From Cenarchaeum sp. (GTDB lineage: Archaea; Thermoproteota; Nitrososphaeria; Nitrososphaerales; Nitrosopumilaceae): 64,000 bases of DNA. This document shows, one piece after another, positions 49,684-60,300 of this stretch; position 1 is the first letter of the stretch; the number at the start of each line of letters is the position of its first letter. Position numbers and translations under genes: made by a program. The notes beneath the pieces are model-generated. The model searched no databases. It was not told the DNA's origin and saw only the letters and a list, made by a program, of their open reading frames with translations. The stretch is taken from the NCBI GenBank assembly GCA_965212015.1, contig OZ243037.1, positions 224,001-288,000 of the forward strand. Reading direction: 5' to 3'.

Positions 49684-51849
49684 TCAACCGTAAAACATCT
49701 TGTCCTGTGCGCTTGGCACCACGTTGGACATCCCGTCCTTGACCGTGCTGTACCACTGGTCGACCTCCTTTGTGATTGACGGGTGAATCTTTTTTAGCGC
49801 CGCAGCAAAATTGCCGCTGTTGATTTTTGCCGCGCCGTCCTGCATGGCGCTTACCGCAGCTTCCCTGCACAATGCGGCAAGATCCGCGCCGGTATAGTTC
49901 TGGGTGGACACTGCAATCTCTGTAATCTTTACGTCCGGCGCCAGCGGCATTTTTTCTGTTAGTATCTTTATTATCTCCAGCCTTCCCTTTTCGTCGGGGG
50001 GCTGCACGTAAAGCAGCAGGTCCAGCCTTCCGGTCCTTAGCAGCGAGCGGTCTAGCAGGTCTGGTCTGTTGGTGATTCCCACCACGACCACCCTTGATGA
50101 TATTCCCTCCTCCATCTCGGTGAGTAGCTGGCTGAGAGTCGTCTCGCCGGCACCGTCCTCGCCTGCCTTGAATCTTGCAAGCGAGTCTAGCTCATCAAAG
50201 ATTACCACGCAGGGAGACGAGGCCTTTGCCTTTCTGAATATCTCGCGTATGGCCTTTTCTGACTCGCCGACCCATTTTGAGAGGATTTCAGGCCCCCTTA
50301 CAAGTATCATGTTTGCGTTGCTTTCTGCGGCCAGCGCAAGTGCAAGCAGCGTCTTGCCGCACCCGGGCGGGCCGTAAATCAGCGCGCCCTTTGGGGGCCT
50401 TACCCCCATCTTGCTGAACTTGCCCGGATCCTGCATTGCCACTATAAGGTTGTCCATAAGCGCGCTTTTTGCGTCCTCCAGCCCGCCAACGCTGCTCCAC
50501 CAGACCTTTGGCCTCTCCACGTAAAACTCCCGCATTGCGGTGGGCACCACCTCGTGCATTGCGTCATAAAAGTCGACTAGCTTTATCTCCATTGACTGGA
50601 GGACCGAGGAGGGAATCTTTTCTGTCTCGAGGTCTATCTTTGGCAGGTATCTCCGTATGGCCTTCATTGCCGCCTCGCGGCACAGCGACTTTATGTCAGC
50701 ACCGGTGTATCCGTGCAGATCGGATGCCAAATCCTTAATGTCCACGCCGTCCGATATTGGCATTCCCCTGGTGTGGATTTGGAGCACCTCCAGCCGGCCG
50801 TCCTCGTTTGGAACGGAAATCTCGACTTCCCTGTCAAAGCGTCCCGGCCTTCTCAGGGCGGGATCGACGCTGTCTGGCCTGTTGGTGGCGCCAAGTACTA
50901 TGACGTTTCCCCTGTCAGTCAGGCCGTCCATGAGTGCCAGCAGCTGTGCTACCACCCTTTTTTCCACGTCCCCGTACGCATCTTCCCTCTTTGGCGCGAT
51001 TGCGTCTATCTCGTCTATGAATATTATGCTCGGCGAATTGTCCTTTGCCTCCTTGAATATGTCGCGCAGCCTTGCTTCTGTCTCGCCATAGTACTTGTTC
51101 ATTATCTCGGGGCCGTTGATGAGGTACATGTTGGCCTCCGATTCGCTTGCCAGCACCTTTGCCAGCAGCGTCTTGCCGCACCCGGGAGGGCCGTACAAAA
51201 GGATGCCGCTGTGCGATTCCACGCCGAGCCTGCTGAACAGCTCTGGATGGCGCAGCGGCAGCTCTACTATCTCCCTCATGGCCTTGATCTCGGTGCGGAG
51301 TCCCCCAACCTCCTCGTATGTCACGCGCAGCTTTTTGTCCACTGCTGCCTCTGTGAGTATGGTGAGTGCGGTAGTGCGGTCTATCTTTACTATGTTTTTC
51401 GGGGAAATCTTGTTGATTTTAAAGTCCATCGAGTTTCCAAGTATCATTACGGATATTTCGTCTCCCTGCGAGAGCGGCAGCCCCTTTAAGCGGTTTTTTA
51501 CGAAATCCGTAAACTCTTTGTCCACCGTAACAGAGTCGTTTACCGGCATCAGGACGACTGATTTTGCGGCCTTGCTTGCCGCCTTTTTGATGTGTACAAT
51601 GTCGTTTAGCGTGGCGCCGATGTTCTTTCTTGTCTGCCCGTCAATCCTTATTATCTCGGGATGCTTTTCGTCCTCGTCAGTCGGCCACACCACTGCGCAG
51701 CTGGAATTGGCCCCGGATATCTCTATTATCTCGCCGGGGGTGACCTTGAGAAAATCCATGGCGTCCGGGCCGATTCGCGCGCGCTTTTTGCCTACATCCC
51801 TCTGCTTTGCCTCGCCGATTCTCATCTGCATGTGATCCTTGCGCGCCAT
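49684..51849 (-). CDS. cdc48: CDC48/VAT-family AAA ATPase
   Basis: Two AAA modules (GPPGCGKT twice, DEID/DELD, PALRRPGRFD), plus N-domain. Confidence 0.96.
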   Translation of the reverse strand: MARKDHMQMRIGEAKQRDVGKKRARIGPDAMDFLKVTPGEIIEISGANSSCAVVWPTDEDEKHPEIIRIDGQTRKNIGATLNDIVHIKKAASKAAKSVVLMPVNDSVTVDKEFTDFVKNRLKGLPLSQGDEISVMILGNSMDFKINKISPKNIVKIDRTTALTILTEAAVDKKLRVTYEEVGGLRTEIKAMREIVELPLRHPELFSRLGVESHSGILLYGPPGCGKTLLAKVLASESEANMYLINGPEIMNKYYGETEARLRDIFKEAKDNSPSIIFIDEIDAIAPKREDAYGDVEKRVVAQLLALMDGLTDRGNVIVLGATNRPDSVDPALRRPGRFDREVEISVPNEDGRLEVLQIHTRGMPISDGVDIKDLASDLHGYTGADIKSLCREAAMKAIRRYLPKIDLETEKIPSSVLQSMEIKLVDFYDAMHEVVPTAMREFYVERPKVWWSSVGGLEDAKSALMDNLIVAMQDPGKFSKMGVRPPKGALIYGPPGCGKTLLALALAAESNANMILVRGPEILSKWVGESEKAIREIFRKAKASSPCVVIFDELDSLARFKAGEDGAGETTLSQLLTEMEEGISSRVVVVGITNRPDLLDRSLLRTGRLDLLLYVQPPDEKGRLEIIKILTEKMPLAPDVKITEIAVSTQNYTGADLAALCREAAVSAMQDGAAKINSGNFAAALKKIHPSITKEVDQWYSTVKDGMSNVVPSAQDKMFYG

Positions 51850-51857
51850 ACAACCAC

Positions 51858-52139
51858 CTATTTCATGTCTACTGACATTCTGCTCATGTTTAGGACCTCA
51901 AACTCGCTTACGCCGTCGACTGAACGTACGGCCTTTTCTAGCGAGTCCATCTGTCCTTCCTTGTCGCCTAGGACAAACTCTGCCTTTATGAAGTGAAGCC
52001 CGAATGCCAGCGGCTCCTTTTGGTGCCGCCTGATCGTTATGCCGTCCTTGAGGGCGCCTTTTATGTTCTCGGCCACCCTGTCCAGATCTATCTCTGTTCC
52101 GGTAGGAAGGATCTTTACTACCAGTAATAACTGCGCCAT
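51858..52139 (-). CDS. ef1b: Elongation factor 1-beta
   Basis: KILP...EPLAFGL...D.LE..V..VDGV. Confidence 0.93.
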   Translation of the reverse strand: MAQLLLVVKILPTGTEIDLDRVAENIKGALKDGITIRRHQKEPLAFGLHFIKAEFVLGDKEGQMDSLEKAVRSVDGVSEFEVLNMSRMSVDMK

Positions 52140-52140
52140 T

Positions 52141-52320
52141 TTATGGCCCCGTAAAGCTGCACGAATCGCACGTATAGTTTCTGGCAGCCTCCCTGCAGCT
52201 CTGGCACCTCCAGATCAGCACGGAATCGCAATTGGGACAGTTGAATTTTACGCACTTGTCGTTGGGCATTATGTGTCTGTTGCAACAGCTGCAAACCGGA
52301 AGCGATATGGCAGATGACAT
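52141..52320 (-). CDS. Zinc-ribbon protein (DUF1610/HVO_2753-like; absent from ORF track)
   Basis: Manual translation [59 protein letters not shown]. Canonical neighbour of EF-1beta. Confidence 0.9.
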   Translation of the reverse strand: MSSAISLPVCSCCNRHIMPNDKCVKFNCPNCDSVLIWRCQSCREAARNYTCDSCSFTGP

Positions 52321-52713
52321 GTATCACGATTCGGCTATGAACCGAATTTATATCTTGCTTGCTGTAATCTGGCTAATATCGATCAAAAACCACCCGGATT
52401 TGAAGGCCATGTCCAAAACCGGCACTAATCAGATGTCTCGTGCAGTATCAACCCTGTAGGGTTCGGCCCACATCTGTTTCAGATACGGGGGATTCTACGG
52501 GAAATGGCGGAATTCGGGGAACGGCAAACCTCAAAACAACCGGGCATTCCCACATGCTGTACTAGTGTGTGACCTAAAATGTGGTCTTAAAAACCCCGAG
52601 AAAACCGAACAACTGTCCGAATCATAAATGCGCATCACCTGCATGCCATAACAGCGAACCGAGAATTCTGGCTGATTATGGCCGGATTCGCATAATAACT
52701 TATAACAATCCTG

Positions 52714-54660
52714 GTGGTACATAACCTGATGCGTCGCTCCTATTACTCTGATGGCATTTGCAAATTTCTGGATTCAGACAGCAATGAAATACTGACAGAA
52801 CTGCGTGAGAATGACATGTTTGAACCGGATAGAAATCAAGAGCAGGCATGGAAAAAACAGATCGAGATATTGAAAAGCCAGCTCCATGATCTAGAATCAG
52901 GACATATACTATTCGAATACACCATACCCAGAATGGGCAAGAGAGTAGACACTATTCTGATCTATGATGATTTTGTATTTGTTATGGAATTCAAGGTCAA
53001 CAAGACCGTATATCAGAAACAAGACGAGGATCAATGCATTGATTATGCACAGGATTTGAAGAATTTTCATGAGGAGAGCCATTGTGCCTCCATAATACCA
53101 ATTCTGGTTTCAACAAAGGCAAAAACAAAAGACAGCACAAAGATAACAAAATGCACAAATGGAGTATACGATATTGCATATGCAAATAAAGACAATATAA
53201 TCAAGGTCATCAAACACGTATGTGATAAGACTTCTGACTGTCAGATAATGCCCTCAAAGTGGGAAAAATCAGCATACCATCCCACGCCGACAATTACAGA
53301 AGCGGCAATGGCACTGTGCAGTAATATTTCAGGTCTTGAGGACATAACCAGATCTGATAAAAATACGAGAAATCTGGGCATTACCACTGATAGAATTTGT
53401 AAGATAATAGAACATTCAAAAAATTCTGGCTTGAAATCCATATGTTTTGTTACGGGTGTTCCTGGATCTGGCAAGACACTTGCCGGACTCAATATCGTTT
53501 GTGGTACGCAGAATAAAAAAAATAAACATGCCGTACTGTTGTCAGGTAATAGTGCACTTGTGGATGTGCTAAAGGAATCACTTGAAAAAGGCGGAGGTTG
53601 TTTAGAAAAATATGGAGGATCTGCGGCGGCTGCTCTCATACAACACATCTCAAAATTTCGGGACACAGCATTTGGAGTTAAAGCACCTTTGGAGAATATT
53701 ATTGTGTTCGATGAGGCTCAAAGGGCATGGTCTGCAAAAAAACTATCCAAAAACAACAGGAACAAGAATCGAAATGATTCAAAAATGTCTGATCCGGAAT
53801 TACTGATCAACTCAATGAACAAACATAATGGCTGGGCAGTCATGGTATGTCTTATAGGTGAAGGCCAAGAAATTTATGATGGAGAGGTTGGACTTGCAGG
53901 CTGGCTTGATGCGATAAAAAAATATCCAAAATGGCATGCATATCACCCAAAAGAATTGGAAAGCATTGAATACATCGATGAGAATGCGTCAACCGTACTA
54001 GATGGCATAACACACACGAGATATCCTGAACTGCATCTTGACACATCCATCCGATCCTTTAGGGGTGAAAATCTTGCGATGTTGGTCAAGAGAATTCTGG
54101 ACTGTGATGTTGACGGTGCACGCAAGACACTGGAAAGTTTGGAGAATTATCCAATCGTCATAACACGTGACATAAACAAGGCAAAGCAATGGATGAGAGA
54201 TCAAGCTAAAGGCACGGCACGATTTGGAATTATAGCAAGCTCTGGTGCGGAAAGGCTAAAACCGTACGGCATATACGTAAGAAATCCCATCAAGCCTACA
54301 AAATGGTTCCTTGCAGACAAGGAAGACATGCGATCCTCGTATTATTTGGAGGATGTCGGAACGGAATTCTACATACAGGGATTGGAGCTTGATTGGGCGT
54401 GTCTTGCGTGGGATGCAAACTTGAGATATGAAAATGGAAAATGGTCGCACCACAAGTTCTTTGGAAATAATTGGAGATCCATTCGACAGGAGAGAGAACG
54501 CACTTATTTGCTCAATTCGTATCGTGTACTATTGACTAGGGCCAGACAGGGCATGGTCATCTTTGTACCTAAAGGTGATAAAACAGACAAGACCAGAGAT
54601 CCAGAGTTTTATGACGGTACGTACGCGTATCTCAAAGACATAGGACTGGAAGAAATTTAG
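52714..54660 (+). CDS. DUF2075 (Schlafen group 3-like) P-loop helicase with N-terminal nuclease-like domain
   Basis: FEYTIPRMGKRVD...MEFK, GVPGSGKT, FDEAQRAW, GEGQEI, QGLELD, NSYRVLLTRARQG. Confidence 0.9.
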   Translation: MVHNLMRRSYYSDGICKFLDSDSNEILTELRENDMFEPDRNQEQAWKKQIEILKSQLHDLESGHILFEYTIPRMGKRVDTILIYDDFVFVMEFKVNKTVYQKQDEDQCIDYAQDLKNFHEESHCASIIPILVSTKAKTKDSTKITKCTNGVYDIAYANKDNIIKVIKHVCDKTSDCQIMPSKWEKSAYHPTPTITEAAMALCSNISGLEDITRSDKNTRNLGITTDRICKIIEHSKNSGLKSICFVTGVPGSGKTLAGLNIVCGTQNKKNKHAVLLSGNSALVDVLKESLEKGGGCLEKYGGSAAAALIQHISKFRDTAFGVKAPLENIIVFDEAQRAWSAKKLSKNNRNKNRNDSKMSDPELLINSMNKHNGWAVMVCLIGEGQEIYDGEVGLAGWLDAIKKYPKWHAYHPKELESIEYIDENASTVLDGITHTRYPELHLDTSIRSFRGENLAMLVKRILDCDVDGARKTLESLENYPIVITRDINKAKQWMRDQAKGTARFGIIASSGAERLKPYGIYVRNPIKPTKWFLADKEDMRSSYYLEDVGTEFYIQGLELDWACLAWDANLRYENGKWSHHKFFGNNWRSIRQERERTYLLNSYRVLLTRARQGMVIFVPKGDKTDKTRDPEFYDGTYAYLKDIGLEEI

Positions 54661-54754
54661 GGCGAATCCGAACATGCAGATCGTGTGAAAAATCTAGAAT
54701 AAGATTGGCAATCTCGAATTGATTTTTTACTGTCTAGATGAATTCCTCAAAACT

Positions 54755-55738
54755 TCAAAGCGATTCTGTCAGATATTTCTGCACTCCGTCCTTGCCTGAA
54801 CCGTATTTTTTCTCAAAATCTGTAGCAAGTCTGGATATGCACTTGGATATCTCATCATCAATAGAGTGATTCTTGAGTATCTTTGATGCCACATCGTCCA
54901 CCCATTTGAGAACCTTTACGTGATAGTTTTTCTCCTCGCTAACAAAATCCCACAGTTCACGCCCTATCAACAGCCTTTTCTCCCAGTCCGTCATGTATTT
55001 CTTGACCAGTCCTATTGATACCGTGTTGAGGCCACGCTTGCCATATGTGATTCCTAGCCGGGCAAATTGGTTCTTTTTTTTCTCGGTTTCATCGAATTTT
55101 TGATTAAACCTGTCGATCTGATCCTTGTTGACGTTGTTTGGGCCGCTTTTAACCTGTATCCAATATGTGGAATCACCGATCTCCTTTACGATATCATACC
55201 ATTCCCCCCGCTCTCCCATGCGGGCGCCACTGTTGCCGATCATGTATTCCAGGGACATTCCCATGGAGGTAACGATGGAACGGGTAACGGCCTGATAAAC
55301 GTTGAATCTGATCACCTCCTCTGGAACCTGTAGGTTCAACGCCCGGATTAGAAACGGATTCATGTTTATCTCGCTTAGCGACAAACTGTTCATGTTGTGC
55401 AAAAACTTGTGAATTATCCTGTGCATGGTGAATCTTATCCAATTCTCCGGAAGGGACGAATTTGGATTGATATGCTCTTTGATTTTCTCTGCCATTTTTC
55501 GTTCGTTATCACGAAGTGTTATCTCTGTCTTGTCGCCACTGCGTATGAATTTGGCAGTTTTGAAATCGGTATTTTTGAAGGCTTTCAGGGTGGAGAATTG
55601 TGATGCCAGAATTTCAGCTTTTTTGCCGAAATTGCCTTCTTTTTTTAGCAATACGGTTAGAAAATGAAAGACTTCGGAATCTGGCAACACCAAGTCGTAA
55701 TCGCTTTCAATATTAAGTATTTTCATAATGATCGGCAC
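54755..55738 (-). CDS. Type II restriction endonuclease, EcoO109I/PmeII-like
   Basis: NPFL...TSMG..LE...D...QVKSGPN..N...G.TYG...GRELWDF (PD-(D/E)xK-like). Adjacent to a C5 methyltransferase. Confidence 0.82.
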   Translation of the reverse strand: MPIIMKILNIESDYDLVLPDSEVFHFLTVLLKKEGNFGKKAEILASQFSTLKAFKNTDFKTAKFIRSGDKTEITLRDNERKMAEKIKEHINPNSSLPENWIRFTMHRIIHKFLHNMNSLSLSEINMNPFLIRALNLQVPEEVIRFNVYQAVTRSIVTSMGMSLEYMIGNSGARMGERGEWYDIVKEIGDSTYWIQVKSGPNNVNKDQIDRFNQKFDETEKKKNQFARLGITYGKRGLNTVSIGLVKKYMTDWEKRLLIGRELWDFVSEEKNYHVKVLKWVDDVASKILKNHSIDDEISKCISRLATDFEKKYGSGKDGVQKYLTESL

Positions 55739-55835
55739 AAATCACATGTTGATGTGCCGTGTCTTCCAGCATGGCTTGATTTCTGTTAATATCTGCCCAA
55801 ATTGCTGTGTGTATGAGTAGAAAAAATTACAAACT

Positions 55836-57020
55836 TTAAATGAATTTTTTTATCGCAGCGGCAATTGTCCTTGCTAGTTCTATTGGGACTGCCTCGCCAA
55901 TCATCCGGTATTTCTGGGTGACGGATCCTACAAACTTCCAGTTGTCTGGAAATCCTTGCAGTCTTGCATATTCTTTAACTGATAGTGGGCGAAGTTCATC
56001 CGGATGACAAATACAGCTTCCAAGCTGTGCCGGCGATGTAATCAATGTTGGAGCCGGTGCGTCCCATGACAATCTGCGGTAAAATCCACGTCGTCCTCCC
56101 TGCTTGCCTTTTTTTCTTGGATCTGACGAGTCCGCAGCACCCCCCATTGCTTCTCTTTTGAGGCGTTCCGGCAAGTCAATCCAGCAACCTCCTGCCGGGA
56201 CATATTTTAGATATTTTCCCCATTTTGGAAAATTGATGTGTTCTTTTTCGCGATCATCTAGTCCAACCAATGCATCCCGCAAAGTTCTCCACGGCTTTTT
56301 ACCAATCACTTTGGTATTTTTTGGATCTGCAAACTTTGCCTTTTTTTCAATCTCCTCAAAGATCAATTCGGGATCCGCCACTCTGGATCCTATGAGCACA
56401 AGCCTCTTTCTTTTTTGCGGAACTCCATAATCTGCGGCATTTAGCAGCTTCCATTTTATTTTATAGCCGCTCACTTTTTCAAACTCGTCTATAATCTCCT
56501 CAAAAAGCGAGCCGTATTTTTGTGATTTGGTAATCTTTTTTCCAGAATCTGACATTCTGTCATAGAATGAGACGTGTTTTTTGGCAGCCGATACAAGACC
56601 CGGTACGTTCTCAAAGACAAAGAATTTGGGTTTTATGTCGTTTATTATTCGAATGTACTGCAAGAGGGCAAAGCCGCGCTTGTCCTTGAAGCCTCGTCTT
56701 TTTCCGGCAGTAGAAAACGACTGGCACGGCGGACCGCCTATGATGATGTCCACCTCTCCTTTCTTCATGGATGCCTTTTGGAGTATGTCTGATGATCCTA
56801 TGTTCGTTATGTCTCCCTCATCGCATGATATGCGTGGCCTGTTCTCCCTTATTGTGTTGCAGGCAAATTTTGTAATATCGTTGGCGTATTTTGTGGAAAA
56901 ACCGGCCTTTTCAAACCCCAGATCTAGGCCCATTCCGCAAGTAAAGAGCGATATTATTGTGGGTTGAATTATCTGCTGTTTTTGTTGTTTATGAGCAGGG
57001 CGGATTTTTTGTCTGTACAT
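55836..57020 (-). CDS. DNA (cytosine-5)-methyltransferase
   Basis: SLFTCGMGLDLG, GGPPCQSFS, ENVPG, YGVPQKRKR, RPLSVKEYARLQGFPD, IGEAVP. Confidence 0.96.
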   Translation of the reverse strand: MYRQKIRPAHKQQKQQIIQPTIISLFTCGMGLDLGFEKAGFSTKYANDITKFACNTIRENRPRISCDEGDITNIGSSDILQKASMKKGEVDIIIGGPPCQSFSTAGKRRGFKDKRGFALLQYIRIINDIKPKFFVFENVPGLVSAAKKHVSFYDRMSDSGKKITKSQKYGSLFEEIIDEFEKVSGYKIKWKLLNAADYGVPQKRKRLVLIGSRVADPELIFEEIEKKAKFADPKNTKVIGKKPWRTLRDALVGLDDREKEHINFPKWGKYLKYVPAGGCWIDLPERLKREAMGGAADSSDPRKKGKQGGRRGFYRRLSWDAPAPTLITSPAQLGSCICHPDELRPLSVKEYARLQGFPDNWKFVGSVTQKYRMIGEAVPIELARTIAAAIKKFI

Positions 57021-57135
57021 CGTATACGATCAATCCTTGTGAAATAAAAGTATTAATGTTGCTGGTTATATTGTAATAACCTTATAAGGATCTTAACCAT
57101 TATATCTACTAAAAAACATGATAAAGTGTATTTAA

Positions 57136-57360
57136 ATGAAATTCGATCAAAAAGGAAGACGAATAAAAGAGAAAATACACTATGCCGAAAAACTGAATTC
57201 AGGTGATATTGTAGCTGATTTGGAATCCAGATATGCGGGAATCGCAGATTCGGCCATAGAGGTGGTTTTTGAAATGGCTAATAAGGACGAGATCGAGGAG
57301 ATTCATGCGGTTTTACGTGAGATACAGCCATATTCCTCAAAAATTAACACATTTATCTGA
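57136..57360 (+). CDS. Small hypothetical protein leading the drmAB operon
   Basis: 74-aa ORF divergent from the methyltransferase, ending 16 bp before the helicase start. Confidence 0.55.
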   Translation: MKFDQKGRRIKEKIHYAEKLNSGDIVADLESRYAGIADSAIEVVFEMANKDEIEEIHAVLREIQPYSSKINTFI

Positions 57361-57376
57361 TCACTGTGTTTGATAT

Positions 57377-60300
57377 GTGTTGATTAGAACACATCTTGTG
57401 AAAGCCCTTTATAGCGATCTTCTTGGCCCAAAAGGTGGAAATAAAGAACGCTTTGAAGAACCATTTTTAAACTATGAATTAGGTATTTTGAATTCATCAT
57501 TTTCTTTGAAATCTGATATTGAACAAATAATTTTAGATTCTGAGATAAACTCAGATCCTGCAGAAATTAATTATGAAGAATTAGATTCGCCAAAGATTGA
57601 GAATACTCAAAATTCAGATAACATACGTCAAGACATTGATACTGAACTTAATCTTAAATCTGGTGCTTTATCACTTGGCCTCTCATTTGTTGTAGAAGGT
57701 GATAATCCAAAATTGAAAATATGTGGTACATGGGCCAGATATTTACAGGATAAACAGATTAATAATACTGGCAGGATATTTAATCGATATCCTAATTTTT
57801 TTGTAACTGAATATGATGTAAAAAATTCTCAATCTCGAATAATAAAAGAATTAAAAACTGGTGTGGATGGAAGTAATATAACACATCCAGGTGTTGTTCT
57901 TCATATTTTCAAAAAAGAAATAAAAAACACTAAATGGATTATCAAAATTTTCTTAGAAAATAAGACAAAATATGATACAGAAAAAAATCAAACTGAAAAA
58001 GATAGGATCTTTCAACCTCAAATTAGAGTGAGATTATACAATTCCAAACTAGTTGATCTGGATTCAGATCACCAATTTGATCATAGAAATTATGATAGTG
58101 ATGATTTACTTTATCTGAATTATAGAACAAAAGCTAGGGGTTATCTTTGTGCAGCGGTTTGGGACGAAATTGATCCAGAAAAAGATCAACAAAGTGAAAT
58201 TGGAAAAATGACATGGCCAGATTCTTTATCTGTGCCGGAGAATATTAGAAACACATTCATTAATCCTAGTGTCAGAACCGAATACCTTCCATTATATACT
58301 ATATTGCAACCTGATCAAAAGAATAAATCTACTTTTAGCGCATCAGTATTATCAGAATCATGGAATATTGAAGATATTGATGATCATTTACGATCAATAC
58401 CACAAAATTACAATAATTGGATAGAATCACAAAAAACAATTTTAATGAAAAATAAAAATTTAGGATTAATTGATAAGAAATTAAAATCAATTGGTGACAA
58501 CAACCTTCAACATTGTCTTGATATAAAAAATCGAATTGATGAGGGTATAGATTTTTTACAAACTAATGAAAAGGCTAGAGCAGCATTCTGTTTTATGAAT
58601 GTAGTAATGAATGATAAACGACTTTATGATGAAAATAAATCTTTGGATTGGAAAGAATTCCAAATGGCATTTATTTTACAGAGTCTAAAAGGTGTAAGTG
58701 GTGTATCAGAAATTGATCGAGAGGTCGCAGATGTTCTCTGGTTTCCAACAGGTGGAGGGAAAACAGAGGCATATTTGGGAATTGTAATCTTTGCCATAGC
58801 ATACAGAAGATTAACATCACGTGGCAAATTGAGTAATGATGGTGGCGTATCGGTAATCTCTAGATATACGTTAAGACTACTCACAATCCAACAATTTCAA
58901 CGTGCATTGGGGGCGCTCATCGCTGCGGATATACGGAGAGTCGAAAATTGGCTGCCAAAAGATGCCAAGGGTGGATCTAGAAAAATCTCAGATCCATACA
59001 TGCTTAAACGATTTGAAGGCGGTAAATTGTGGGGAAATCAACGCTTTTCAATTGGAATGTGGATCGGCAGTGAAACTACTCCCAAGGATTTTTGCTATGC
59101 AACTGGAAAAAAAGGCAAAATATTTCTTAACTGTGAAGGTGCATTATTACCGCAGTGGGATAAAAGAAGAAAATTTACATCAGACAGAGGAGGAGATCCG
59201 GCACAAATACAGACATGTCCTGTTTGTAAAAATATACTGTGTCTTTCCAAAGAACAAAAAAGTAGTGGAACCAAAACTTTAACCTGGATAATTAATTCTC
59301 CAAAATCATTAGATGATCTAAAAAATATTCCAAAAAAAGAATTTGAAAATTCTAGAATGACTCTTGAAAAAAATCCTATATTTGATTTCATCTGTGATTC
59401 ATCAACAGATAAGCATTATTATCGATTAACCATGGAAATTTCATCTAAGAGAAGTATCGATAGACAATCAGTTGATTTGTGGTGGAGATCATTTGTCAAA
59501 CCACAATTGGATCCTAATATTGATAATGAACCATTGGAGTCTACAGCTCCATCAATGCCAGGGTATTTTTTCTTGCAGATTCCTGGTTCCAGACGACCTC
59601 ATGATTTTGCGATTTTTTGTACTCATAAAGAATGCAAGCTAAACAATACAAAATGGTTTGAAAAAATTGAAGGAAAATATAATGCAATAATTCCAGAACC
59701 ATTTCAAATTATTGATTCACCTGGAATCTCTAGATCAGTTCCAATCTCTGCATTTACTTCTGATGAACAAATATATTTCCAATGTCCTAGTTTATTAATA
59801 GCTACTGTAGATAAATTTGCCAATCTTCCTTTTGAACCAAAATGCTCTTCACTTTTTGGAAATGTTGATGTAGTTCATCCTTGGTATGGTTATGGTAGAC
59901 GTATTACTTTTGAAACACCAATACAACAAAGAAGCAGTAATCGACGAATTCAAACTGAATTTTCCGATCTGAAAGATATTGCCGGATTTAATCCTCCATC
60001 ATTAATCTTACAGGATGAATTACACTTGATTGAAGGGCCACTTGGAAGTATGGTGGGAATATATGAAATGGCCGTTGATGTTCTTTCTAATGATGGAACT
60101 AGACCAAAATATATTGCATCAAGTGCAACGATCAAAGAATCTAAATCTCAGGTTGGTACAATTTTTAGACGTGATGTTAATGTTTTCCCACCCCTAGGAA
60201 TCAATTCCTCTGATAATTATTTTTCAGAGATTAAAGAAGATATAGGATGTGTTGGTAATAATGCAGGTAGATTGTATCTAGGAATATCTTCAACAAAATC

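Noticed and set aside
12093-52000. Many antisense ORFs over core genes (e.g. 12093-12833, 36198-37064, 51095-51835)
   Set aside because: Shadow frames of well-supported genes with no recognisable motifs.
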